A stretch of DNA of 15,168 nt from Myxococcota bacterium (lineage in GTDB: Bacteria > Myxococcota > SpSt-1050), in contig JBMFOP010000074.1 in NCBI GenBank assembly GCA_049969675.1, forward strand, positions 1 through 15,168. The letters are read 5' to 3'. Under the pieces are notes generated by a model. It saw only the letters and a list, made by a program, of their open reading frames with translations, was not told the origin of the DNA and ran no database searches. Each line of letters begins with the position of its first letter. The stretch's first letter is position 1. Both the position numbers and the translations under genes were made by a program. Positions 7,841 to 15,168 of the stretch are shown here, in pieces.

Positions 7841-9771
7841 GAAGGTAGTCTCTCAATGGGCTTTAATTCAACTATTCCATATAGATTGATATAGTTTTTA
7901 AAGAGTCCTTCACAGACAGAATCAAATAGACATTTAGCACATACGGGAGATTTGGCTTTAAGCACATTTAACTTCCTCTCCCTCCAGCTAAATCTTTCAA
8001 TAAAGTCCGGGTCTGTTCTGGTTCTGAATATTGTAACAAATGTATCAAGGTCTCTCAATTCCCCGATATACTTACCAAGGAGTCTCTTATCTCTCAGGAT
8101 TCTCTCTGGAAGCAGACAGAAAGGTATATCTCCAATGGCGATATATATCTTCCCTTCTGTCTCATTCCAGAGAATAAGACTCTCAATATAATCCCTCACC
8201 TCACTTAGTTTTGGAATAATATTTTTATCAAAGACTACCTTATTCTCTGGCCTGATGAAGTTGAACCTGATGTCGTTGATGCCAATATCTTTGAAGAATC
8301 TGCAAAATTCAATCAGCTTATTGTAATTGAGTTTATGTATGCAGGAATTTAGCGAGACCCCGTGCTCAATCTTTCTCTTTTTGTTAATTTTTACAAGATT
8401 CTTTAATGCCTCAATCTTCTCTGAAAAGGCATTCTTCCTCCCATTTAAGAAGTTCTCCACACCCTCTTCATAAGAATGTATTGAAATCATAAATCTGGTA
8501 ACACCAGCCTTTACCAGTCGCTCTGTAAATTCAATGTCGGATAACCTCCTCCCATTTGTACAGAGGGCGATTCTCTCAAACCCTTTCCTCTTTGCAAATT
8601 CAATAATTTTAATTACATCCGGGTGGATGGTAATCTCTCCCCCCAGAAAACTCAGTGAGCGAAAGCCATCATTATATGCCTTTTCAATCTCATATATAAT
8701 CTTCTCATATTCAACAAATCTATTCTCCTCCCTTGAAATCACCCCGTTTGCACAGAAGATACAGGAGTTGTTACAGAGCTTCCCTATATTCACCTCGTAA
8801 TTTTTATCTTTATTAAGTTCTACTATATTGACCTGCTCACCTTCTCTCTTTCTCTTCCCAATCGGGAGTAGAGGGGTGTCGGAATTCTCTATATATCCTC
8901 TGTATATACCCCTGCATCTCCTCTTCTTACTACAGCTGTTACAAACTCCATTTACATAAGCCATATTCTGATAATCTACCCTGAAAAATTTCTTCTCAAA
9001 CGACTCTGACATGTAGAGTATATTCTCAGAATACATATCCCTATTATATCTCTCATAATCTGGAGATAGACAGTACGGTAGCCCATCATGATAGACTGAG
9101 ATATTGGGAACAAACTTCTCTATCTCTATAGCCTTCTTTATTACATCCGCCGTGCCTGCAAGTGGAGGAACTACTTCTTTATAATTAATATACGCATTCC
9201 CCTTGGGCTCAATTACAGACAACTTAATCCGTCTCACCCCGAGGAGTGCTAACTTACAGACTGAATCCACAATATCATTTAGATTATCTTTAACAATCGG
9301 GATATTTACAGTGAACATTATTGAGGGGATACTCTGGATATTCAATATTGCCTTAACGGATTCATTCAGCCCATCCACCTGCGTAACCTTTTTATAAATA
9401 CCTTTATCTGTGCTTACTAAGGACATATAGACATATCTCAAACCAGCATTATATAATTTTTGCAAAATTATTTTATCAGATAAAATTCTACCATTTGTAA
9501 TCAGACCAGAATACATCCTCCTTGAGAAGGTATACCTGAATAGATTCTCAATATCCTTTATTAATAGTGGTTCACCACCGGAGAAGAGGAGAATCTTTAC
9601 ACCGAGTCTTTTTGCTGAGTCAATCTTCCTCTTTATCTCAGAGATAGTAAGAGATTTTTTATCTCTGTATTCTGCACTGTGGCAGAAGATACAGTCGCTA
9701 TTACAAGAATATCCCCATTTTATTATTGCCTTTCTTAAATTATCAAACGCCTTACCTGAATCTCTTACCAC
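7837..9771 (-). CDS. Tandem double radical SAM protein, HxsC-like second maturase of the His-Xaa-Ser system
   Basis: CNSDCIFC (res 23; nt 9705-9682) and CNNSCIFC (res 333; nt 8775-8752), each followed by GGE, TNGR, PxC and CxxCx5CxG. GTG start overlaps the precursor's TGG-TAA; the frame is closed by TGA further upstream. Confidence 0.85.
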   Translation of the reverse strand: MVRDSGKAFDNLRKAIIKWGYSCNSDCIFCHSAEYRDKKSLTISEIKRKIDSAKRLGVKILLFSGGEPLLIKDIENLFRYTFSRRMYSGLITNGRILSDKIILQKLYNAGLRYVYMSLVSTDKGIYKKVTQVDGLNESVKAILNIQSIPSIMFTVNIPIVKDNLNDIVDSVCKLALLGVRRIKLSVIEPKGNAYINYKEVVPPLAGTADVIKKAIEIEKFVPNISVYHDGLPYCLSPDYERYNRDMYSENILYMSESFEKKFFRVDYQNMAYVNGVCNSCSKKRRCRGIYRGYIENSDTPLLPIGKRKREGEQVNIVELNKDKNYEVNIGKLCNNSCIFCANGVISREENRFVEYEKIIYEIEKAYNDGFRSLSFLGGEITIHPDVIKIIEFAKRKGFERIALCTNGRRLSDIEFTERLVKAGVTRFMISIHSYEEGVENFLNGRKNAFSEKIEALKNLVKINKKRKIEHGVSLNSCIHKLNYNKLIEFCRFFKDIGINDIRFNFIRPENKVVFDKNIIPKLSEVRDYIESLILWNETEGKIYIAIGDIPFCLLPERILRDKRLLGKYIGELRDLDTFVTIFRTRTDPDFIERFSWRERKLNVLKAKSPVCAKCLFDSVCEGLFKNYINLYGIVELKPIERLPS

Positions 9772-10136
9772 GAGCCATGTGAACCGTGAGAACCGTGAGA
9801 ACCGTGGGATGCGTGAGAACCATGGGATGCATGAGAACCATGGGATGCATGAGAGCCGTGAGAACCGTGAGAACCGTGAGAGCCGTGGGATGCGTGAGAG
9901 CAGTGAGCCACTTCATTTGAGGTTGTAGATGACGCCACAAGTGTTGCCGCATCAAAGTTGTCAGCACCATCAGGTGCAACATTGTGGTGGTGTGATGCAT
10001 CTACCGCCCCACCCAATAGCATCAGTGAGGTAGAGATTGCAAGTGACTTACCTCTTGTAATCTTTCCCTCTTCACTGTTCAAGAAGAGTTTTGCATCTCT
10101 CTTTAACTTTGATTTCTTATTGTTTTTCATCTTCAT
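9765..10136 (-). CDS. hxsA: His-Xaa-Ser repeat precursor peptide (HxsA-like)
   Basis: 123 aa; C-terminus HCS-HAS-(HGS)4-HAS-HGS-HAS-HGS-HAS-(HGS)4-W; lies between two radical SAM genes. Start is ATG 10136 or 10130 (purine-rich SD AGGAAGAGAGG). Confidence 0.9.
   Translation of the reverse strand: MKMKNNKKSKLKRDAKLFLNSEEGKITRGKSLAISTSLMLLGGAVDASHHHNVAPDGADNFDAATLVASSTTSNEVAHCSHASHGSHGSHGSHGSHASHGSHASHGSHASHGSHGSHGSHGSW
9771..9905 (-). repeat. 15 x 9-bp coding tandem repeat (CAY-GGY/GCA/TGC-TCN)
   Basis: 135 bp encoding 10 HGS, 4 HAS and 1 HCS; His and Ser codons vary only synonymously. Confidence 0.95.
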
Positions 10137-10145
10137 CCTCTCTTC

Positions 10146-11624
10146 CTACTCTCTTGACCTAAATATAGACCATTTTTTAAAAATTTGAAACAATTCATTT
10201 GAGGGGTTATGCATTTTATTAAAAAGGTAGCTCAAAATAGCCTTATTGATGTGGCATTTACTACTATGCTCCATAGAGCCGAAGATATCACCCTGCTCCA
10301 TATAATTGATAATGGGACATATCCCGCAGTAGGGCTTGAATGCACACCCCTGACAGTACGGATATGAATCCAAAAGTGATGCAACCAGTATAGATCGCGT
10401 GATTGGTGAGCCGACAAGGTCAACATAGAATTCTTTACCTGCACTCCCTAACAGGAACAGGTCCTCTCCCATCTCGTGCATCATCCTCGCCTCATCACAG
10501 GTAAATATCTTCCCATCATAGTTATAAGCCATCTGACCTATCCCCGCCCCACAGGGGGACCTGAGATCCAGAAAATTCGGGTCCCTATCCGTAATCATCT
10601 TGATTATAAAGAGTGCGGCCGTCCTCTCCTGAATCTCTATACCTTTCAGGTTGAGTTCTATTACATAGTCAAGAACCTCAAAGTAGAACCTTAAGAACTC
10701 CTCAGTGGTATAACCTATTTTTGACCAGGTCCTGGATGCGAATCCCAATGGATTCAATGGCCTGATATGGATTACTTTTATTCCATGCCTTACATATTCA
10801 TCCACAATCTCCCTGGCATGGCTGAGGCTCTCACGAGTGGTGGTCATCAGGGCATCCACATGATAGAGATTTGTGTCATATCCTCGCCTTTTGTATTCCT
10901 TGTTTATTTTTGTCATCCATTTGATTGTCTCTCTATAAGAACTGTTTTTGGAGAATGGTCTATTCTTATCGTGAATCTCCTGTGGTCCATCAAGCGATGT
11001 GCAGAATAATACTCCTCTATCAAGTAGATACTTTATCTTCTTTTCATCAATCCTGCTAAGATTGGTCACTATAGAGAAATAGAGTTCTTTATTTATCTCC
11101 TTATTCTTTTCAAGGGCATACTCTATAATGAATTTGACAATGTCAAAATTTACAAGTGGCTCACCACCCTGAAATTCAATGGTTATCTGCGGTGAGGTAG
11201 AGTCAAATATTGTATCAACAACCTTCTTCGCCGTCTCTTCTGTCATATCGTAACCGCTCTTATGCTCATCCCTTCTTGAGGCGTGGCAGTAAAGGCATTG
11301 CTGATTACATCTCAAAGTAGGAATTACTATGTGTAGATTTGGTCCTGCATTTAAGAATTTCATCTTCTTCCTGACCCTATCCACCATCTTCTCTTTATCA
11401 ATCCTGCCCGGGAATAGATTCTTCTCCACCAATATCCTGCCGAGCGATGAGTCCTCTTTGACCTCCCCCTTTGCAAGTCTATAAAACTCACCGATTGATA
11501 CAGTATGAAAATCTCCCGCATCATTTGTGAGGACAATTATCTCCCCTGTATCATAGAAGTAGGGGAAGCCCTCTTTTATTTTATATGATTTGAGCTGTGA
11601 ATTATTTGGTATCTTCTCTCTCAT
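10146..11624 (-). CDS. hxsB: His-Xaa-Ser system radical SAM/SPASM maturase HxsB
   Basis: LTNDAGDF, LHIVIPTLRCNQQCLYCHAS, IEFQGGEPL, DLRSPCGAG..AYNYDG.IFTCDEARM, CQGCAFKPYCGICP; features typical of TIGR03978-type proteins; adjacent to the HxS precursor. Confidence 0.9.
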   Translation of the reverse strand: MREKIPNNSQLKSYKIKEGFPYFYDTGEIIVLTNDAGDFHTVSIGEFYRLAKGEVKEDSSLGRILVEKNLFPGRIDKEKMVDRVRKKMKFLNAGPNLHIVIPTLRCNQQCLYCHASRRDEHKSGYDMTEETAKKVVDTIFDSTSPQITIEFQGGEPLVNFDIVKFIIEYALEKNKEINKELYFSIVTNLSRIDEKKIKYLLDRGVLFCTSLDGPQEIHDKNRPFSKNSSYRETIKWMTKINKEYKRRGYDTNLYHVDALMTTTRESLSHAREIVDEYVRHGIKVIHIRPLNPLGFASRTWSKIGYTTEEFLRFYFEVLDYVIELNLKGIEIQERTAALFIIKMITDRDPNFLDLRSPCGAGIGQMAYNYDGKIFTCDEARMMHEMGEDLFLLGSAGKEFYVDLVGSPITRSILVASLLDSYPYCQGCAFKPYCGICPIINYMEQGDIFGSMEHSSKCHINKAILSYLFNKMHNPSNELFQIFKKWSIFRSRE

Positions 11625-11821
11625 CTTCTCTTTTCCTCTATTGTATAAAGTAAAACCATACTCTCAAAATGATGCAATCTGTCGTCAAATGACTCTGGAA
11701 GTTCAATGATATACTCTTCTGATGTTACCTTTATTCTCTTTGCCTCCGAATTACAAAGCTCAGCGTATGCCTTCTTTATTGCTTCCTCTGAATAAAGTTT
11801 CCTATCAAATGTTACTTTCAT
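11621..11821 (-). CDS. hxsD: HxsD-like small protein of the His-Xaa-Ser system
   Basis: 66 aa starting MKVTFDRKLYSEEAIKKAY; strong SD GAGGTG; ATGA overlap with hxsB, the usual position for hxsD. Confidence 0.7.
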   Translation of the reverse strand: MKVTFDRKLYSEEAIKKAYAELCNSEAKRIKVTSEEYIIELPESFDDRLHHFESMVLLYTIEEKRR

Positions 11822-11832
11822 AAGATGTCACC

Positions 11833-11994
11833 TCAAAAGATTGTATAAATGAATGGGGCGGCGGCTGTCTGTCCTAATATAATTATTACCGCCGTCAATA
11901 AAAGGATTACTATTATCGGAATAAGCCACCACCTCTTTCTCTCTCTAAGAAAATTAAATAACTGAGACACTGTTGAGATATATCTCCCTTTCAT
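11833..11994 (-). CDS. DUF5989/SxtK-like small membrane protein (53 aa), missed by ORF track
   Basis: Manual translation MKGRYISTVSQLFNFLRERKRWWLIPIIVILLLTAVIIILGQTAAAPFIYTIF*; shows the family's F-x-x-ERK-x-WLxP, one TM helix and C-terminal APFIYTxF. Its TGA overlaps the hxsD SD. Confidence 0.85.
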   Translation of the reverse strand: MKGRYISTVSQLFNFLRERKRWWLIPIIVILLLTAVIIILGQTAAAPFIYTIF

Positions 11995-12003
11995 AGAAAG
12001 GTA

Positions 12004-12032
12004 ATTTTAATACATTATAAATTAAAATACAA
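12004..12032 (-). promoter_or_regulatory. Candidate promoter of the Hxs operon
   Basis: Minus strand TTGTAT-N17-TAAAAT ending 9 nt before ATG 11994; a TATAAT also lies in the spacer. The region is very AT-rich, so chance matches are possible. Confidence 0.4.
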
Positions 12033-12101
12033 TATTTTTTTATTGCCATATTGCTTTTTATAAATAAAATTAACCTCAGTCACATCCTCTGGAGGTGCTA
12101 T

Positions 12102-12731
12102 ATGAAATCCCTGTTTTACCTATGCATTATTGGAATTATGATCTCATCCGGTTGCAACGACTCTGGAGACAATACACCTGATGCGGGAGGAATCACCACA
12201 GAAGCCACAGAGAAATATTTTGGGTTTGAAGATAAGAAGGTCATCTCATATGAGGGAACACAGATAGTAAACAATAATACCGCACCAGCCACCTTTGATA
12301 TAAGCATAGACATTGATACGGTGACACTCGGGCGAAAGACATTCAAGATGACATGGAGGTCTTCTATCGGTATTCCATTTGAGGAGTGGTTTGAGGTAAA
12401 GGACGATACAGTCTATAAGGTGGCTCAGAGATATGTTGAGAATAGTCTGGAGAAGAAGATTATCTTCTCAACACCAATAGTTTTTGGGAAGAATCCACTC
12501 AAAGACGGTGAGAACCTGAAGACTGAGACTGATGGAGGTACATATACTTATATTGTGAGCAACTATCAATACAGGACATATAAGAACGACTTTGGTGAGG
12601 TAAAACGGATAATAGGGAGTGAAAATGGCGCCTCAAACGAATATTATCTTAAAGAGAACGAGGGGTTTGCAGGGTTTAAGTTTAATAATCACCCCGCCCT
12701 ATTTACTATTGAGGTAGAGAAGAAGAAATAG
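12102..12731 (+). CDS. Hypothetical lipoprotein
   Basis: Start reassigned to ATG 12102 after SD GGAGGT; MKSLFYLCIIGIMISSG-C lipobox-like signal, low-complexity linker (NDSGDNTPDAGG), beta-rich body. Confidence 0.75.
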   Translation: MKSLFYLCIIGIMISSGCNDSGDNTPDAGGITTEATEKYFGFEDKKVISYEGTQIVNNNTAPATFDISIDIDTVTLGRKTFKMTWRSSIGIPFEEWFEVKDDTVYKVAQRYVENSLEKKIIFSTPIVFGKNPLKDGENLKTETDGGTYTYIVSNYQYRTYKNDFGEVKRIIGSENGASNEYYLKENEGFAGFKFNNHPALFTIEVEKKK

Positions 12732-12734
12732 AGT

Positions 12735-14324
12735 ATGCCCATAAATTCCGATATACTGATTATTGGAGGGGGAGTAGCAGGTCTTACCCTTGCATTAAGA
12801 CTCAGTAAGAGATATCAAATTTCTATTCTATGCAAAGGGAAACTTGAGGATTCAGCCTCGTCTGTTGCACAGGGCGGTATTGCAGCGGTCTTTGATAGAG
12901 AGGATTCATTTGAAGACCATATCAGAGATACCCTCATGACTGGCGAAGGACTTTCCAATTTAGAGGTGGTAAGGTTGTGTGTAGGTAAAGGACCGGAGTT
13001 AATAAAATGGCTTGAAAGTCTCGGGGCTGAATTTTCCCGAAAAGAGAATTCAAATGAATTTGATCTGGGACTTGAAGGGGGTCATTCTCACAGAAGAATT
13101 GTACATGCAAAGGATATCTCCGGAAGAGAGGTAATCAGGGCACTTGCAAAAGAGGTGAGAGGGAGAGAGAACATCAGAATTTTTGAAAATCACTTTGCAA
13201 TAGACCTCATATCTACTCTAAGACTCGGGATTTCAAATAAAAATTCTATACTTGGTGTGTATGTTTTGAATCAAAAGAGCGGTATTATTGAGACCTTCTT
13301 TGCAAATAGTGTAGTGCTGGCAACCGGTGGCGCGGGCAAGATATATCTCTATACCTCAAATCCGGATATCTCAACCGGTGATGGAATAGCAATGGCTTAC
13401 AGGGCCGGTGCAGTAATTGAGAATCTGGAATTTGTGCAGTTTCATCCTACCTGTCTCTATCATCCTGATGCAAAATCATTCCTGATCTCTGAGGCACTAA
13501 GAGGAGAAGGTGGAAGACTTTTAAGACCGGATGGTTCTCCATTTATGCACCTTTATCATCCAGAGAGAGAGCTTGCCCCAAGGGATATAGTGGCACGTTC
13601 AATAGACTTTGAGATGAAGAAGAACGGATATGACTTTGTATTACTTGATATGACACATCTTGGTAGTAAGTTCCTGAAGAAGAGATTCCCTTCTATATAT
13701 CAGAGGTGCCTTGACTTTGGATTTGATATGGCTGCAAGGCCTATCCCTGTTGTCCCCGCCGCTCACTATTTTTGTGGTGGTGTAAAGGTTGATATCTTTG
13801 GAAGAACCAATATCGGTTCGCTATTTGCCATAGGTGAGGTCTCTTCCACAGGACTTCACGGTGCAAACAGACTTGCCTCAAATTCGCTTCTGGAGGGCCT
13901 TGTATTCGGCAATCAGGTGGCAGAGTATCTAAATCTACATCCACCTGAAAAGGTATCAAAGCACAAGGTACCGGACTGGGACTATGGTGATGCGGTTGAG
14001 CCGGATGAGGCGGTGGTTGTCAGCCAGAACTGGGACGAGATAAGAAGGTTGATGTGGAATTATGTAGGGATTGTACGATCAAATAAGAGGTTGAGGAGGG
14101 CGTTGAGGAGAATAAATCTACTAAAAAAGGAGATAAATGAATATTACTGGAATTTCAGAGTTACAAAAGACCTTCTGGAGTTGAGAAATATAGCGATTGT
14201 GGCTGAGCTCGTCATAAGGTCTGCGATAAGAAGAAAGGAGAGCAGAGGGCTGCATTATACAATTGATTATCCAGAGAAAGACGATAAATTTGCAAAGCCA
14301 ACAAGGATAATAAGAAAACTATAA
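12735..14324 (+). CDS. nadB: L-aspartate oxidase
   Basis: IIGGGVAG, AQGGIAAV, EGGHSHRRIVHA, QFHPT, LISEALRGEG, ELAPRDIVAR, HYFCGG, GLHGANRLASNSLLE, ESRGLHY motifs. Confidence 0.96.
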   Translation: MPINSDILIIGGGVAGLTLALRLSKRYQISILCKGKLEDSASSVAQGGIAAVFDREDSFEDHIRDTLMTGEGLSNLEVVRLCVGKGPELIKWLESLGAEFSRKENSNEFDLGLEGGHSHRRIVHAKDISGREVIRALAKEVRGRENIRIFENHFAIDLISTLRLGISNKNSILGVYVLNQKSGIIETFFANSVVLATGGAGKIYLYTSNPDISTGDGIAMAYRAGAVIENLEFVQFHPTCLYHPDAKSFLISEALRGEGGRLLRPDGSPFMHLYHPERELAPRDIVARSIDFEMKKNGYDFVLLDMTHLGSKFLKKRFPSIYQRCLDFGFDMAARPIPVVPAAHYFCGGVKVDIFGRTNIGSLFAIGEVSSTGLHGANRLASNSLLEGLVFGNQVAEYLNLHPPEKVSKHKVPDWDYGDAVEPDEAVVVSQNWDEIRRLMWNYVGIVRSNKRLRRALRRINLLKKEINEYYWNFRVTKDLLELRNIAIVAELVIRSAIRRKESRGLHYTIDYPEKDDKFAKPTRIIRKL

Positions 14325-14649
14325 ATTATTGACTGCTGTCCAGAATAATCTGATTTGAGAAGTTAACTATTTGTAAAATATGGTAAACACAGTTGGAAAT
14401 CTATTGCTACTAATTGCCCTCAACAACTGCTCCCTTATCAACATCTGTCTATCTTATCGCCTTATAAAACATATAAGCAGTATTTGTAGAATTTATCAAA
14501 AACTAACGCTATTAATATTCATATAGTTCCTTCTCTTCAAAATTCAATATATGTAAGGGGACTAAATTTAAAATTCATTTTTGACAGATGTGTAAATTAT
14601 TGAATCCTTTAATCTAAAATTTCATCCAAATATTATTGGAGGTTGTTTT

Positions 14650-15039
14650 ATGGGATTGCTGGATTTTTTGACAGGTGGACCCAAGAAGGACCCTGTGCAT
14701 ATTACAGATGAGAACTTTGAAGAAGAGGTTCTCAAATCAGAACTCCCTGTTGTACTTGATGCGTGGGGACCGGATTGCCCCTGGTGTATGAAGATGGTCC
14801 CAACTATAAGGATCCTTACAGCGAGATATGACGGCAAAATAAAGGTTGGTGAGTTTAATGTGGCAGAGGCAAAGAACATTGCCCGTAGATTTGGCATTCG
14901 TGGTACCCCCACTATTCTATTCCTTAAGAAGGGTGTGACCGTCGCCCGCTTCTCTGGCTATCAACCAGAACAACTCCTTGAGGAGGCGATACAGGAAAAA
15001 TTCTCAGATTACCTCTCAGATGCCGCCAATACCAGATAA
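14650..15039 (+). CDS. Thioredoxin family protein with CPWC active site
   Basis: [29 protein letters not shown], cis-Pro motif GIRGTPT; SD GGAGG. Confidence 0.9.
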   Translation: MGLLDFLTGGPKKDPVHITDENFEEEVLKSELPVVLDAWGPDCPWCMKMVPTIRILTARYDGKIKVGEFNVAEAKNIARRFGIRGTPTILFLKKGVTVARFSGYQPEQLLEEAIQEKFSDYLSDAANTR

Positions 15040-15168
15040 AATCAGGTCAGTCTACATTGATAAGATAGAACATATCTATAATCTAACACAATCGGGGAAA
15101 TATTACTTCTTATCCCGACCGAGGAGGTTTGGGAAGTCTCTGTTGATAGATACAATCCATTGCCTCTT
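15020..15168 (+). pseudogene. 5' fragment of an AAA-ATPase-like (PF09820-type) gene, N-terminus apparently damaged; runs off right edge
   Basis: Manual translation [57 protein letters not shown] Walker A signature. Lacks the usual LPIGIQxF start and an SD. Confidence 0.6.

Noticed and set aside
9771..9905. Repeat tract as a CRISPR array or non-coding VNTR
   Set aside because: 9-bp units with no spacers and no cas genes; the variation preserves His and Ser in an open frame.
9752..10000. 82-aa alternative-frame ORF (LTVLTV/HPMVLM repeats)
   Set aside because: Shadow frame of the hxsA repeat; no SD, and the HxS frame fits the neighbouring hxsB.
11833..11994. Saxitoxin gene cluster suggested by the SxtK-like peptide
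   Set aside because: No sxtA, sxtG, sxtI or other toxin genes in the window; the family is not specific to toxin clusters.
7837..12050. Hxs operon as a mobile element
   Set aside because: No integrase, transposase, tRNA or flanking direct repeats seen, and no obvious compositional shift by eye.
5430..12101. ORF-track starts at 5498, 6971 and 12051
   Set aside because: Downstream ATGs (5429, 7004, 12102) have clear SD sequences and give proper N-termini or signal peptides.
14380..14526. 48-aa + strand ORF (MVNTVGNLLLLIALNNC...) between nadB and trx
   Set aside because: No SD, no recognisable motif, and composition expected from AT-rich intergenic DNA.
14581..14610. TTGACA upstream of the thioredoxin gene as a promoter
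   Set aside because: Perfect -35 but no convincing -10 at 16-18 nt spacing.
6655..14912. Short ORFs 6655-6867, 7952-8191, 8534-8800, 9203-9397, 9958-10188, 10232-10444, 10476-10694, 10767-11009, 12116-12346, 13741-13959, 14622-14912
   Set aside because: Antisense or off-frame shadows of confident CDSs.

Overview
AT-rich bacterial DNA; signal-peptide, lipoprotein and outer-membrane-type proteins suggest a diderm organism (inference). The left part is ordinary: a TetR-SDR-hypothetical operon with a clear promoter/operator, tatD-rhomboid, and a purine nucleoside phosphorylase-cytidine deaminase-ATP-grasp operon. The centre is the main interest. A minus-strand His-Xaa-Ser (Hxs) RiPP-like operon (11994->7837) encodes an unannotated 53-aa DUF5989/SxtK-like membrane peptide, a short HxsD-like protein, HxsB radical SAM/SPASM, a precursor with 15 uninterrupted HxS triplets ending in Trp behind a signal-like leader, and a 644-aa protein with two complete tandem radical SAM domains. 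It is flanked by a probable outer-membrane protein, a further lone radical SAM gene and a divergent lipoprotein. The right part has nadB, a CPWC thioredoxin and an N-terminally damaged AAA-ATPase-like gene running off the window. Family calls come from motif recognition by eye; no searches were run.
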